From: Diplonema japonicum
Taxonomy: Eukaryota > Protista > Euglenozoa: Diplonemea
Assembly (NCBI GenBank): GCA_964019335.1
Contig: OZ025741.1
Span: 248,001 to 312,000, forward strand
Direction of reading: 5' to 3'
Length of the DNA stretch: 64,000 nucleotides
Below the pieces are notes generated by a model that had not been told where the DNA came from, ran no database searches, and saw only the letters and a list, made by a program, of their open reading frames with translations. Shown here one piece after another: positions 45,112 through 57,317 of this stretch (within the stretch, counting starts at the first letter, position 1; each line of letters opens with the position of its first letter). The position numbers were made by a program, and so were the translations under genes.

Positions 45112-45142
<31 letters not shown>

Positions 45143-47679
45143 AGTTTTTGGAGAAAAAAAAAGGGGGGGGAAACAATAGAAATATGACGGGGAATAGATG
45201 GTTGAAGGGAGTGGTCGAAAGAGAGAGGAAATAAAGGGAGTGGGGGGGAGAGACTACGCGCCACATCGATTTTTTTTTAAATTATCGGGCTTTAAAAAAA
45301 AAAAAAAAAAGTGTAAAAAAAGAGGGGGAGGGGAAAAAACATGAGGGAAGGAGAAGGGAGTGTGTGCATGTGGGGAGGGAAGAAAGTGGCCTTCGGGGGT
45401 GCATGCTCCCCCAAACCTTGTTTTACTTTTTGTTTGTTTTTGTTTTCCCTAGAGGACAGGATGTAGGAAGGGAGGAAAGTACCGATGAAGCAAATGAGTA
45501 AAAGAGGGGAGAGAGAGGGAATAATAAAAAAAAGGAGAGAAGGGGAGCAAGCAGAGGGAAGAACTGGGTGAGTAAAAATTTATAAAATAAAAAAAATAAA
45601 AAACAGAAAAAAGAAAAAAGAGCGCAAAGAGGAAAACGGGGGGTAACCTAGCAGTTCTATTTTAAGCTACTATAAAATCTCTTAATTCTTACTCCCAGGG
45701 GGGAAAAGGGGGGGGCATTTTTTTTTTTTTTACCGGGACTAAGTTCAGAGATTTTACAGTAAGTACTGCGCTGTACTGGGTACAGTGGTATTGTATTTTT
45801 TTTTTGTTTTTTTTTTTTTTTTTTTTTTTTTCTTTTTTAAACTTTTTGGAGCAAAGAAAACAAAGAAAAGATTCTTTATTTTCTAGTGGGGTATTCCTTT
45901 TTTTTTCTTTTTTTTTCTTTTTCTTAGGGATTTTCTCCCTCTTTTCTCTCCTTTTTCAAATAGTCATATAGGGATGGGGTAGGGGGGGGATAACAGTTAA
46001 CTTGTTTCTAGTAAGATCAGAGTTTTCTTTTTTTTCTTTTCTCTTTTTTTCCTCACAAACATTTATCGTTCGCTTTTTTTTTTTTTTTTTTTTTTTTTTT
46101 CTTCCTTTTCTTTGCCTCCCTTTCTTTTTTTTTTTCTTTCTTGTCCCCGGCTGCTGCAAAATATATATTTTTTTTTATTTCTAAAGAAAACACGTCACAA
46201 AGGAAAGGAATCAGCAAAACCGGAAGGGGGGGAAGAAAAAAAAAATAGCAAACGTCCAGGGAATACAGAAAAGGGCGGGCGGGTAGTGGGAGTGAGAAAC
46301 GAATGAAGAGAAAAAAAAAAGAAAATTGGAAAAAAAAAGAGAAAAAAAAAAAAAACTGGAAAAAATCTAACTGCTACATTCTTTTGAAGAATAGGGTACG
46401 GGGAGAAGGGGATAAAAAAAAAAAAAAAAAAAAAAAGTAGGCATTTAGCATTTGTATGAGCACACGGAACAAATCCTGAGACAGGTACTGCATGCCACCA
46501 ATACTCTTGTTCTTTTTTCTTTTTTTTTTTTTTTTTGTTCTTACAAGAAACTGAGTAGTACTTGTTAAATACAAAAAAAAAAAAAAAAAAATCAAAAAAG
46601 GAATTAGGTGAAGAGGCAGAAGAGAACACGTTTCATATGCTCCTCCTGCTGCAACGGGAGCCTGCCAAAGGCCCCGATAAATAGAAGCGGGGGGGTTTTG
46701 ATCACTATGACGGGGGGGGGGGGGGGGGGTTATTGGAGGGAAAGCCCCTTCCGATCGGGTATCGCACATTTAAAAAGAAGGAGGGGAAAAAAAAAAGAAG
46801 GAAAAAAAAAAGGAGGGGATAAACATCTCTATCGAGGGTTTCTCTCACTGCCATTACGACCAGTAGAAAAAAAGAATGACTGCCTACGGGAGGAATCGAC
46901 TTCTTCTTCTCCTTCAGAGACAGCTCTGGGGACAAGCGGCAGCCTCAAGGATCAGTTTTTTTGTTTTTCTTTTTTTTTTCTTTTTTTTTCCCCCCTTCAA
47001 CCCAATATTGCATTTTTCGAATTAGAAAGAAAAATGGAAGAGAAAAAGAACTGGAGCACAATAGGTTGAACTGTAAAAATAAAATAAAAAAGAGAGAAAG
47101 AAGGGGGGGGGGGGGGGGAGAACAACTCTTTTTTTTTTTTTTTTTTTTTTTATAAGTTCACTTTCGCAGTTAAACAAGAGGGAACAAGGGAGAAATAAAG
47201 AAAACAGGCAGGGAAGGGAAGGGGTGTGGGGTATGATGGATAGGTGCCCTCCATACTTGGCTAAGCTATTAGCAGGGAAAACAAAGAGGGGGGGGGGGGG
47301 GGGAGAAGAATGTAAGGAGGGGGACTATCCCCCACCCGCTTTCTTCCCTTATTATTATTTTTTTTTCTTGCCTTTCCTTCCGCATTTAGGGCATAGTTGT
47401 GCACTGGTAAAAGACAATAGAGAGAAAAAGATTTTTTAAAATAAAGAAAAAAAAAATGCCTTTCTGTTTCACCAAGCTACCCTTTCTCCCCCCCCCCCCC
47501 CCCCCCCTCTCTCTCTCTTTCAAAAAGAAAAAAAAATGTTAAGAAGAGGTAAGGTGCTTCTACCCCGCCTCGCTATCTGACAAAGACATTGCCACATCAT
47601 AAGAAATGGAATGAATTAGGGGAAAAATTCGAGAGACAGACAAGGGGCGACGGGGGAATAAAGGTGAAGAGAAGCCAGG

Positions 47680-47724
<45 letters not shown>

Positions 47725-48215
47725 CCATCTCCTTTTTAAATGTTTTAAGTAAAATAAGTATTGTGTAAGTGAGGGGTTTTTAAAGAAAATTCGATAAGGT
47801 TTTAGTGCGCAGGGTGTGCTCACTTGTAAGGAAAAAAAAAGGGGGGGGCAAAGTCTTAATAAAGAGGAATGTAGAACCCATCAATTTCATTGGATGCTCC
47901 TCATGTATGTTTTGTTTTTCTGTTTTCCCTTTTCTCTCTTCAGAGTTCCAGGGGGGATGGGGATTAAAAAAAAAAAAAAAAAAAGGAAAAAAAACATAGT
48001 GATTGGGTTTTAAAAAATAAAGGGGAAAGGATAAAGAGAGAGAGAGAGAGAGCTGGGTAAAAGGCTAAAAGAAATTAAAAAAGAAGATGGGGGTGTGTTC
48101 CTCGTCAGGAGTTCATGCACCTTCCCTTTCTCTTTTTTTTTCATTCCATCTTTACCCCTTTCCCACACTATCTCCCAATAACGGTGCCGTCAAGCCTAAG
48201 AAAGCAAAAAGGGGG

Positions 48216-48246
<31 letters not shown>

Positions 48247-48478
48247 GAACCTTCCGACCTTCTCTTAGAGTTTCTTCTTCTCTTATTCTTTCTCGTTTTT
48301 TCGAGAAGGGGGATTTGGGGGCATTTTTTTTTTTTGTAGTTTTTCTTTTTTTAAAAAAAAAAATTCAAATTCCTCCATTTTTTTCTTACGCTTGTTTTTT
48401 TTTGGGGGGGGGAGAGGCTTTTTTTTTTGTATCACACACAAACTTCCCAACGGGAGGGGAGGGGGGAGAGCTAACTCT

Positions 48479-50429
48479 TCACGCCTGTGTAAATTGATCA
48501 AACTGGTAATGCTGCTGCTGCTGATGATGATGATGCACAGGGGGCACTCGGGGCATGGTGGTCATCGGTGCCATTTTCTGGTGGAAAGCAGGAGCCTGTA
48601 CCATATTCTGTTGTGGGAACGGGACATTAGGGCTCCCCAGGAACTGATGCCCAGTGTGGTATAACTGAGTAAACTGAGGGGCCGCCTGGAAAGTGTTAGG
48701 CATCGATGCTGGCGTCGACGTCGCACTAGTAGAAGAGTCGTAACCCAAGGGGAGACCACTAGCAGGGAAAGTACCAAAGGCTCGGAGGTCAGGGCTCTGA
48801 TCGAAACAACCATGGTTTGGGGAGTACAAAGAGGCCTGTGACTGTGGGGAGTAAGTGGTATCACTGGATGCAATTGTCTCCGCGCCGCGAACCTTCCTCT
48901 GGTTCTTGGTGTTCATCTTCTTGTTTGCGTTCCCCTTCTTGTCCTTGTCAGCCTGCTTCTGCTTCCACTCCTCAAGTTCGGCGGGTGTCACCTGGTCCGA
49001 TAGCTTCACTGTGCTGTCCTGCAACACAATGAACCTGTCAGGCCTCTTCTTAAGCAGTGCCCTCACAGCGTGGTTCGATGAAGCCACAGCACAGAATTTT
49101 TCACCCGTCACCTCCTTGAACTTCGCCATGAGCAACTTCATCTGGATAGGCCTCTGCCTGATAACCGCTTCCACTTCCTCCAACACACAGTGCACCAACC
49201 CTGCCTTCCACGTTGCCGTCTGCTGGTCCCTGTTCTTGAGGCACTCTTTCGGCCTCCCGGTCTTCACATCGAACATGTCTGAGTAGTGCAGCCTCCCTTC
49301 GTGCGTGTTGCAGTGTGTCAGGTTGTTTCCGGCGATTTCTTCTTCCGAGTAGTAGAAGATGTGGAAGTTGGAGTGCGCCTTGATGAAGTTGTGGAAGGAT
49401 CCGCTGTAGTTCTTCTTTATAACACGCTCATTGATTTCGGGGAGGGTTTCCTTGATATGGTCCTGCACCTTCACAACAGGCATCGACCCCACGTGCAGGT
49501 TGAGCAAGGGGTTCAGCAGGTGGCTTCCGATCTCCCCCAGAAGACGGCGTTCCTCGGGCGACACAACAGGCGTCTCCGCCTGCTGGAACTGCTGTTGAGG
49601 GGGTTGCGCCTGAACTTGTTGCTGGGTTTGTACCAGAGTCTGAGCCAGAGTTTGAGCCGGAGCCTGAACTTGGGCTTGTACCTGGACTTGAGCCTGAGTC
49701 TGCATCTGCGCTTGCTGTGCAACAGCCGCCTGTGCATGCTGCTGCATCTGCACCTGGTCTGCAACTTGCTGCAGGTGCAAGCTGCCGTTGTATACTTGCT
49801 GATGCATCCGGTGGATCCTGTGCTGCTGCTCGGCGAGGCATGGCTGCTGTTGTGCCATCTGTTCCATCTGCTGCCTCAGCAGCATCTCCTGCTGCTGCTG
49901 GTGCTTGTACTGCTGGCCACGAAGGTAACCGCTCTGCTTTTTTATTCTTATTTTTGTAAAAATCTTTTTGAAATACCTGGATAGCCTGAGGGCTGAGACT
50001 AGCGCTAAGAAGGTCAAACAAGTTGGTTTCCTGAGGCTGCATCATATCCTGAAGCTGGAGAGTGTCGGTGCTAGCAGCGGGGAACTCCCCACTTGCTAGG
50101 TTGTAGGTGTACACATCTTCCTCAAGTGGCGAGTAAGATGCGGCTGTGGGGAATGCCATCCTTAGTCCGCACTGGTGGCGGGACGTAGTGGCAGTCTGCA
50201 TGGCCTGCGGCGTCATCAGGACATGATGGCTAGGGGTTGGAACGCTGCGCGCCGGGCTAGGAAGCCCCCTCGGTGAGAAGGTGCTGAACTGGGCCAAGAC
50301 ACCAGACACGTCAACAGTAGGTGCACCAGGCCTCTGCAACTTCCTCTTCCTCGGTTCGCTTGAACTGCTTCTCTTCTTCGCCTCGCTGCTCACGCTGTTC
50401 GAGGAATCGTTTGAAAACCTACGGCCCAT
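48479..50429 (-). CDS. Gln-rich protein with winged-helix/OST-HTH-like central domain; join(48479..49933,49977..50429), 635 aa
   Basis: A 43-nt GT-AG intron joins two overlapping ORFs (QAIQ|SGYL). YSGSFHNFIKAH..FHIF is wHTH-like. Confidence 0.75.
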
Positions 50430-50599
50430 TTTTTTAATTTTTTTTTTTTTGAGTTTCGGGTGAAAAAAAAGAGAGAGGAAAAGAAAACGACCGTGTGTAA
50501 AATCCTGTTTAAATGAGTCCGGATGGAAATGGAGCAGGGAAAAAAAAAAAGCCGGATAAACATAACTAATAATACTGTGTAATGAAGAAAGGAGGTGGG

Positions 50600-50833
50600 C
50601 TACATGGGAACGAGCCCGATACCTCCCGAAGCGTGTGTTTCTTGTAGTCCGAAGTCGGCTGTGGTGGTACTACGTGAGTGCATCGAGACTTTAAAGCGCT
50701 GTTTGGACCCAGGCACCGAGGGCGGTGCGTCGTCTGGAGTTGCCAGGCGTACATGCTTGTGTAGAGCAGGGAGTCCACTGGAGTCTTCTTGTTTGAGATC
50801 TTTCATGAGCAGCGCTTCAAAATCTAGCTTCAT
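50600..50833 (-). CDS. Small hypothetical protein (77 aa)
   Basis: Coding-like island with ATG and stop; no recognised motif. Confidence 0.35.
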   Translation of the reverse strand: MKLDFEALLMKDLKQEDSSGLPALHKHVRLATPDDAPPSVPGSKQRFKVSMHSRSTTTADFGLQETHASGGIGLVPM

Positions 50834-50976
50834 ATTTTAAAAAAAGAAACCTATGATGATCGTAAACCTAATTCCGAAGAAGAGGAAAAATAGTCCTGAC
50901 CAAACCAATCCCTATAAAATAAAGAAGAAAAAAAAAAGGAGATGAAAAGAAAAACTTTTAAAAAAAAAAAATGATC

Positions 50977-53907
50977 TCAGTCAAATCTATGGCCAGGACG
51001 GACGCCCATCTCACGGAGCTCCTGACGAAGCTGGTCTGCCTTGGAAGGATCGGTCCGTGCTTGTTCGATATCTGCAGCAAGAGAGTCCTCCCAGGCTGAG
51101 AGTTCGGGATCCTCAGCCCTTGCTTCGTCGCGTTCCGATTTCCTGTATTTCTTTTCAGATCGCTCCAAGGACGCAGCCTCGATCGGGTTAAGAGTTTCTA
51201 CAGACTGGGCGAAGGTGTTCGGCATGTCACCCTGCACCCACTCGTACCGCCCCACGCCTGATACGTGTGGCACTAGAGCTCCCGGGTAACCCTGTTTCTG
51301 GATGCCCTTCAAGATACGTGATGACGCCTTCTGAACTCTGAACCGCTCTTGTGTGCCGTGTGGCGTGCACACATCGATCGTTCCATTCGCTGCCACTGGT
51401 CTCACTACCCGCGAATACCCCCACGACCTGTCTCTAAACGCCTGAATGTATTCCTCCGTCTCTTTGTGCACCGCCAGGTAATCTTTGGTCTTAAGCTTAT
51501 CCCCGTACCCTTTCCACTTTCCTACCATCGGCGACATATTCAGCTCTGTCTCTGGGTACTCCATGTACTCGTCTTCATCATACAGCTCCTCTGGCACGCG
51601 TCGCCTGTTGTCACTAGACCACAGCTTTCGCTCTTCCTTGTCCTCCAGTACTTTCAGGATCCTAGGGTCCGTTTTCATCTTCGCCGGGTTTTCTGTCACT
51701 ACAGTGGGTTCTACGTCGGGCACATCCCGCAGTGCCTTCTTGGGTACAACCTCATTCCTCGCGATAACACAATAGCTGTATGGCTCTTCGTTGTGCGTCT
51801 TGTGGCTGTGAGCCCAGGTCTCCACGAAGGACGGTTCGTACCTGGCAACGGAATGGCACGTACGAAGGGCTTTGAACCTCCTGCCCTGTAACGAGTACTC
51901 AACGGGACAGCGAAGCTTGTCGTGGGGGCAAGGGGCAAGAACTGTGGGTTGCACCTCCCACGGACCAACGTCTTTGTACTCTTCCAAGATGGTGCGGCGG
52001 GCGTCCAAGACAAGTTTGAAACCAGCAGGTGTACCTGCCTCGATGATGACGAGGATGCCTTCGCAGTGCTCCCAAAGGGATCGAATGGCGTCAGCGCGCA
52101 AAGATTCTGACTGGAACTCTGAGAGTGTGTAGACGCAGGTCACAAGGTCATGTGTCGAACTCGCCCCAGCACCGTCAGGAAGGAATTTCTTCCACGTGAC
52201 ATGAGGTGCAGCGTGCACCAAAAAGTCCAACCCGTAGTTAGTCATAGCGGAGGAAGGCTCGATGGCTGTGATCTTGCTTAGAATCTCTCGGTCCCTCTTC
52301 TCCCAGTCGTTGTATACGATGGCTTTGTCCTCTATGTCCTCTTCGTGCAACTTGGATGATTCCAGTTCCCTGTCCGGTTGGTCATTCTCAGACTTGCTCA
52401 CTAAGTACTGCATTGCGGAGTACGGCCTGTATGACGGGTCGCGCTCCATCTTCTGTTTCTCGACATGTGCGAAGTAGCTTCCTGCCCACTTCTCACGCAC
52501 GTCAAACCACTTAAGGTAGATATCAGTTCGGATGCCTTTCTTGTCGAGCTTTTCAGCTTCGTCCGGGATGCCGTAGTCCGAATGGTCCTTCTCCAAGAAG
52601 TAGTCTGATTCTTCGAAGCTTTTTGTCTTTCCCGAGTACATCCCTTCACCAAGGAAGTCCTCGTCCAGACCGTCTGACGTCTCCTCGCCCTTCCATTTTT
52701 GTGATCCGTTCCACACTGAGTCCTTCAGGAGTTCTTTGCGTTCTTTAACCGCGTCATGCACCTCAACCTCGCTCCCCGACGGCAGCAAGCCCTGCGAAAC
52801 TTGCCTTTCTGCTTCCGCGGCTTTCCGCTCCAGTTCGGTGATCTCTTTGTTCACCACGTCCGAGAGAATACTCCGCAGCAGGACATCGTTGTGTTTTGGG
52901 TGTTGTAAAGCTGCTCTTTCATCGCCTTGCTCGAACTTTAGATTGGCGTACTTTTCGCTTGTAGTGGTGGCTGCATGCGGGCTAATACCTTTCCACACTT
53001 CAACAGCTGTAAAAATAGAGGTACCCAAACCCGAACCGAAGTCAAGTTGGGATCTAGGGAGAAATTGCGGGCATCGAAGAGCGATCTCGCCGAATACCCG
53101 AAGCAGCACAGCATAGATTGGGAACGTCCGGTAAGCAACGTAGGCCAACCCATCGCCTTCCCCGTAGGTTAAGGGGCGGAAGGTGGGGCTGTCAGGGAGG
53201 TCTTTGGATTTCATCTCCATTCTCTTGGAAATCATGTACCGGATGTTTCTTGCAGTGCGGGCATCATCCTTGGCATAAATGGAGGCTTCACGCGCTTGGC
53301 GCAGCTCTTCCAGAGTTAGCTTCAACGGCTCACCATCACGACCCTCGAACACATAACCTTTACGCTTCAAAATCTCGATGTCGCTGGAGTCATAGAACTT
53401 GTGAAACATGGACTCTTTCATCTTGTCATCGAAGTAAGGGACAGACTCACGAAGGTGGTGACGAAGCATTCCTTGCGGTGCACTCTTTACAATGTCGTAC
53501 CACCTACTTAAAGCAATAGGGTGTAGTGTGGTGCGTGCACTGTTGATCTGCGTGCAGAAATCTTTCTGCACAACAGTTTGCCGCCTTTCTGGGAGAGAGA
53601 GCGCGTACTCTTTTAGTTGCCTCATAACGTGTGGTCCCCTGTCGACCAGGGTGGCAAGCTTCTTCTCCATTTTTTTCTCATGTGATGTTTTCAACTCCTT
53701 GGGAATCTTCTTTCCTTGTTCTAACAGCGCCATCCTCTTCTCTCTCAGCAGTTGCCCCGCTTCTTCCCTCTCCTTCGATGTCATCACAGGCCTCGTCGTC
53801 ATGTCATTCCGAATCTTCTTCTTCGCCCTCATCACCTCGTTTGCTAACGTCGTCCCCGCCTCCTCCCTCGTCTTTGTCAACCGGAGGATTCTGCATCGTG
53901 ATAACAT
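50977..53907 (-). CDS. RSM22: Rsm22/METTL17 (mt-SAF1-type) mitoribosomal SSU assembly methyltransferase-like protein, 976 aa
   Basis: YVAYRTFPIYAV, LDFGSGLGT, LVIIEAGTPAGF, APCPHD..CP...CH, EEPYSY; presequence MLSRCRILR. Confidence 0.88.
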   Translation of the reverse strand: MLSRCRILRLTKTREEAGTTLANEVMRAKKKIRNDMTTRPVMTSKEREEAGQLLREKRMALLEQGKKIPKELKTSHEKKMEKKLATLVDRGPHVMRQLKEYALSLPERRQTVVQKDFCTQINSARTTLHPIALSRWYDIVKSAPQGMLRHHLRESVPYFDDKMKESMFHKFYDSSDIEILKRKGYVFEGRDGEPLKLTLEELRQAREASIYAKDDARTARNIRYMISKRMEMKSKDLPDSPTFRPLTYGEGDGLAYVAYRTFPIYAVLLRVFGEIALRCPQFLPRSQLDFGSGLGTSIFTAVEVWKGISPHAATTTSEKYANLKFEQGDERAALQHPKHNDVLLRSILSDVVNKEITELERKAAEAERQVSQGLLPSGSEVEVHDAVKERKELLKDSVWNGSQKWKGEETSDGLDEDFLGEGMYSGKTKSFEESDYFLEKDHSDYGIPDEAEKLDKKGIRTDIYLKWFDVREKWAGSYFAHVEKQKMERDPSYRPYSAMQYLVSKSENDQPDRELESSKLHEEDIEDKAIVYNDWEKRDREILSKITAIEPSSAMTNYGLDFLVHAAPHVTWKKFLPDGAGASSTHDLVTCVYTLSEFQSESLRADAIRSLWEHCEGILVIIEAGTPAGFKLVLDARRTILEEYKDVGPWEVQPTVLAPCPHDKLRCPVEYSLQGRRFKALRTCHSVARYEPSFVETWAHSHKTHNEEPYSYCVIARNEVVPKKALRDVPDVEPTVVTENPAKMKTDPRILKVLEDKEERKLWSSDNRRRVPEELYDEDEYMEYPETELNMSPMVGKWKGYGDKLKTKDYLAVHKETEEYIQAFRDRSWGYSRVVRPVAANGTIDVCTPHGTQERFRVQKASSRILKGIQKQGYPGALVPHVSGVGRYEWVQGDMPNTFAQSVETLNPIEAASLERSEKKYRKSERDEARAEDPELSAWEDSLAADIEQARTDPSKADQLRQELREMGVRPGHRFD

Positions 53908-54078
53908 CCTCGCCTCTTCAAACCTATATGGTGATAAAGGTTTGAAAGGAGTAAAAAGAACATGAAAAACTTCTGGCGCTTGTTTGTTTGCGCACCAATC
54001 AGGGGAGGGGGAGAGGAAAAAGCGGCACACCAGTTCACGACTACACTTATTGATAAAAATCCCCGGCCAGAAATCATG

Positions 54079-54150
54079 GGGCGTTTAGCTCAGTGGAAGA
54101 GCGCCCGTTTCGCATACGGGAGGTCGAGGGTTCGAACCCCTCAATGTCCA
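54079..54150 (+). tRNA. tRNA-Ala, anticodon CGC
   Basis: Acceptor stem GGGCGTT/AATGTCC with G3:U70, D arm TAGCTCAGTGG, anticodon arm CCCGT-TTCGCAT-ACGGG, GGTTCGAACC T arm, then an oligo-T terminator. Confidence 0.95.
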
Positions 54151-54171
54151 CCTTTTTTTTTCTTTTTAGAA

Positions 54172-54823
54172 TAGCTATTTATTGGGTTTAACGAGTAGGG
54201 ATCTTAGTTCACAAGCGAAGCCAGTGTAAAAAGCTACGAGTTAAACCTGCCACCACAAGTGGAATAATGCTCTTATTTTCACTAATACGTTGTTTTATTT
54301 AACAAGAGCCGGGTTTGAAAGGGTGGGAGGTTACAGGGTTGGGATTTGAGTTACAGTGTGTGGGAGATACAACGTCGCTAAATTTCAGTTTGTGTGACTC
54401 TTTTGTCCTCATCCCGCTTGCAAACATGCAAGCTGCATATGCCTGACACACGTTGTAGGGGTCGCTGAATTTCACTGCCAGATACTCTTTCATTTGTTCC
54501 TGACTTAACACCGAAGCTTTTTTTCGCCTCATGGCCTTCTTCAAAAGAAGTGCAACCCCGGGAAAGCTCTGCATTTTTTTACCGAAGTTTCGTTGGGTGG
54601 TGGCGTTGATCTTGCTGTAACTTGCCCTAAACCTAGGTGGAATAGGTGAAATTAGGCCCAGGAGTGAAATAATGTTACATTATTTCACGCTCGAACATTA
54701 TTTCACTCCTGGGCCTAATTTCAAGGTAACTGGGAGTGAAAATAAAGCTGGGAGTGACATAAAGTAAAATTTTATTTTCACTCTCACCCTTGAAAACCCG
54801 GCTCGAGTTCTTTAAAAAATAAA
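54172..54823 (-). mobile_element. Crypton-like element, copy B (internally deleted)
   Basis: TAGCTATTTATT terminus; IR pair 54293-54329/54781-54823; the same AAATTAGGCCCAGGAGTGAAA palindrome as copy A; YR remnant KKASVLSQEQM...SGMRTKESHKLKFSDV including the first catalytic Arg motif. Confidence 0.78.
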
Positions 54824-55276
54824 AAGATCACAGGCATATTTCATTGGTTGTTTTGTGGCTTCTTCATGTTCTACTGGGGATGTTTGGTTCAGTAGTAGTT
54901 GGTTGAAGAGGATTATAGTCTACTGCTTTGAAAAATCGCTTTGAACATGCTAGCCAATGACGGGTTGTCAAAAGGGCGGGGGTTTGTAGCCACCCACTGA
55001 TTAAGAATAAGAAAAGAGTCGGCAATTGGTTGTTTGTAAGCCGGTTAACCTAAGGTTATGCCGACTCTTTTTAGCAAAAGACAATAGTCGTTGAAGCAAA
55101 AAAAGAAAACTCGATAATTTATGTGCGATGTAATTCTGTTTAGATTCAGGGCAGTAGGCCACCTGCAGCACCTGCATCTACCACCCACTAAGTTTTTCAG
55201 GCTATATTAGAATGGGGAGAGAGAGAGAGAGAGAGAGAGAAAAAAGAGAGGTGAATGGGGAAACGAAACATTGATA

Positions 55277-55928
55277 CCGTAAAACAATAAATTACCGGTC
55301 CGCAGGAGCTACCGGTAATTTTTTTTTCCTTCCGGACGTTTTTTTTTTTAAAGCACTGGTTACCGACGACTCGACCAGGTTGTCACAGAGACCCTATCCT
55401 GGTTATGCCTCGGTCATAAAATGATTGCCTACTAGGTCCAACCCTGATGGACTTTTCTATTGGTCATGTCCCACTTGAGGGGACCCTTCTCGGACCCCCT
55501 CCCTATAGAAGGGGAGGAACAATTCGTACGGCACGCTTGTCTCGAGGCCTCTCTGAGATTGGGTTTCCCGGGGCAGGCTTGGACATTGATCTCCTGCGCT
55601 TGTCTGGGGGTAAGGTGGGCGGAATTGTCAGCGTTCAAAAAGTACGCTTGCCAACCCAGTTAGTCAATGTCCCCTGTTGCATTTTAAAGTTGAAGATTGA
55701 TAAGAGTAAAGCGTCTGGAACGTGTTCAAAGTTACTTGGTACTGTCTTGTGAAATACAATAACCACTGGATTTGCAGAAAAAAAAAGAATTAAGCACTAG
55801 GCGCACGGAATACTTCTGTTTCATTTTCTTTCTTCATCACAAAAAAAAAAAAACTCCTTACGAAATGTCGCTGATTTTTTTTCTTTTTTTTTTCTTCCGG
55901 TAAATTTCCGGAATTAATTTGTTTACAG
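55277..55928. mobile_element. Non-autonomous Tc1/mariner-superfamily (pogo/Tc2-like) element
   Basis: Imperfect TIRs C(C/T)GTAAA(A)CAA...CCGG flanked by TA; the TIR resembles that of 57318-58753. Confidence 0.65.
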
Positions 55929-57317
55929 TATTTGCTTTTCTTTTTTCATTTTTGTACATGTATCTTGCAAAAGGACCGAGGCACGTTAGACAGAGAGGGG
56001 GAAGAAGAAGAAAAAAAAAAATGTTGTGCCCGGCTTTCGCTCACTGGGGAGCCATTGTCAGCTATTATACAGGAAGCGTAAACTAAAATAATAAGTGGGT
56101 CACCGCAACACAATACTGAAAGGACTTACCATAACAGGAAATGAAAGAAACAAAGAAAGAAGAAGAAGAAGAATATATAAAAGGGAAGGTCCTCCCTTTT
56201 AGCTAGAAAGAGGGGGAGGTGTTGCGCGTAAGATGCATGCATAACTCCCCTTCCCCCCTTCCCTCTTCATTTAATTCACGCCATAAGGACAGGAAGCTGT
56301 GAAGAGGGCAGTCGTGTGACGCGAAAAAAGAAGAAAAAAAAAAAAAGAAAAAAAAAAGAAGAATGACTTTGGTTGCTTCATAAACCGTCTGGCGTACGAG
56401 CAACTTCTTAACCGCGCTAGCTGAAATGATGCATGGATGCGAATTTCGGCCTTCTGGTGTACCCCTTAAATCGTTTAGGTGCACCTATCGATCTTAATGC
56501 CACGGATTCTGCCTCTTGGTGTGATGTTGTCATGTACACCGTCAGCTCGAAGTTTACCACTAGTTCTAGTCTAGTTACTGATTCCTGCTTGTTCCATTCC
56601 AATTTCGTGAGCCACTGACTTAAAAAAAAAGGGGGAAGAAGAACCCACCCCAAGAATAAAAGAAACAAAATATCAAAAAAGATGTAGAATCAGAAAAAGA
56701 TAAGGGGTGGGAAGGGAGAAGGGAGGGGGAATCGCTATGGAATGGAAGGGGTGGAGCGAAAAGAAATATTAAAACCTAGTTTCAACCTGGTTTTTTTTTT
56801 TTTTTTTTTTGCCTGAAAGCTATTTTTTTTTTCTCTTTTCACAACCTTTTTTTCCCCCTTTTCGTTTTTTTTTTTTTTTCTTTTTTTTTCTCTCTCTTTT
56901 TTTTCCTTCTTTCTTTACTTTTTTCTTCTTTCTTTTTTTTCCCCGGGTTATTTTCTTAGCCAGAAATCCACAATGTTCGTTGAAAACCCAAGGTCATCCA
57001 AGGTTTCAAAACCCACAGTTTTATTATTATTATAGGCCACGGAAAACAACCCGTTGCACCGTTTGGAAGACAGGAAGGTACCTCTAAGGATCGCACAACT
57101 TGTTCATGCAAACGATGATTTCAGCTGGAAAGCTTAAGCGATAATTCACCGTTGAACGAAAACCTCTGACACAGCATCATGCCATGCTCGTCATAAAAGC
57201 TAAATGGCACGCCTGAGAGTCATACGGCCCGATTGTGGGATGGGGCTAGTTTTCTCGAGGTACGCTCATGTCCTTCCGAGTGCAACAAAAAAAAAAAAAA
57301 AAAAAAAAAAATAGCTA

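Noticed and set aside
53910-54078. snRNA gene divergent from the tRNA, as in kinetoplastids
   Set aside because: No recognisable U snRNA, 7SL or SL RNA sequence; the region leads directly into the RSM22 start.
56370-56620. Coding-like island in the TE cluster
   Set aside because: Frames are interrupted and no motif was recognised; cannot be called a gene or pseudogene.
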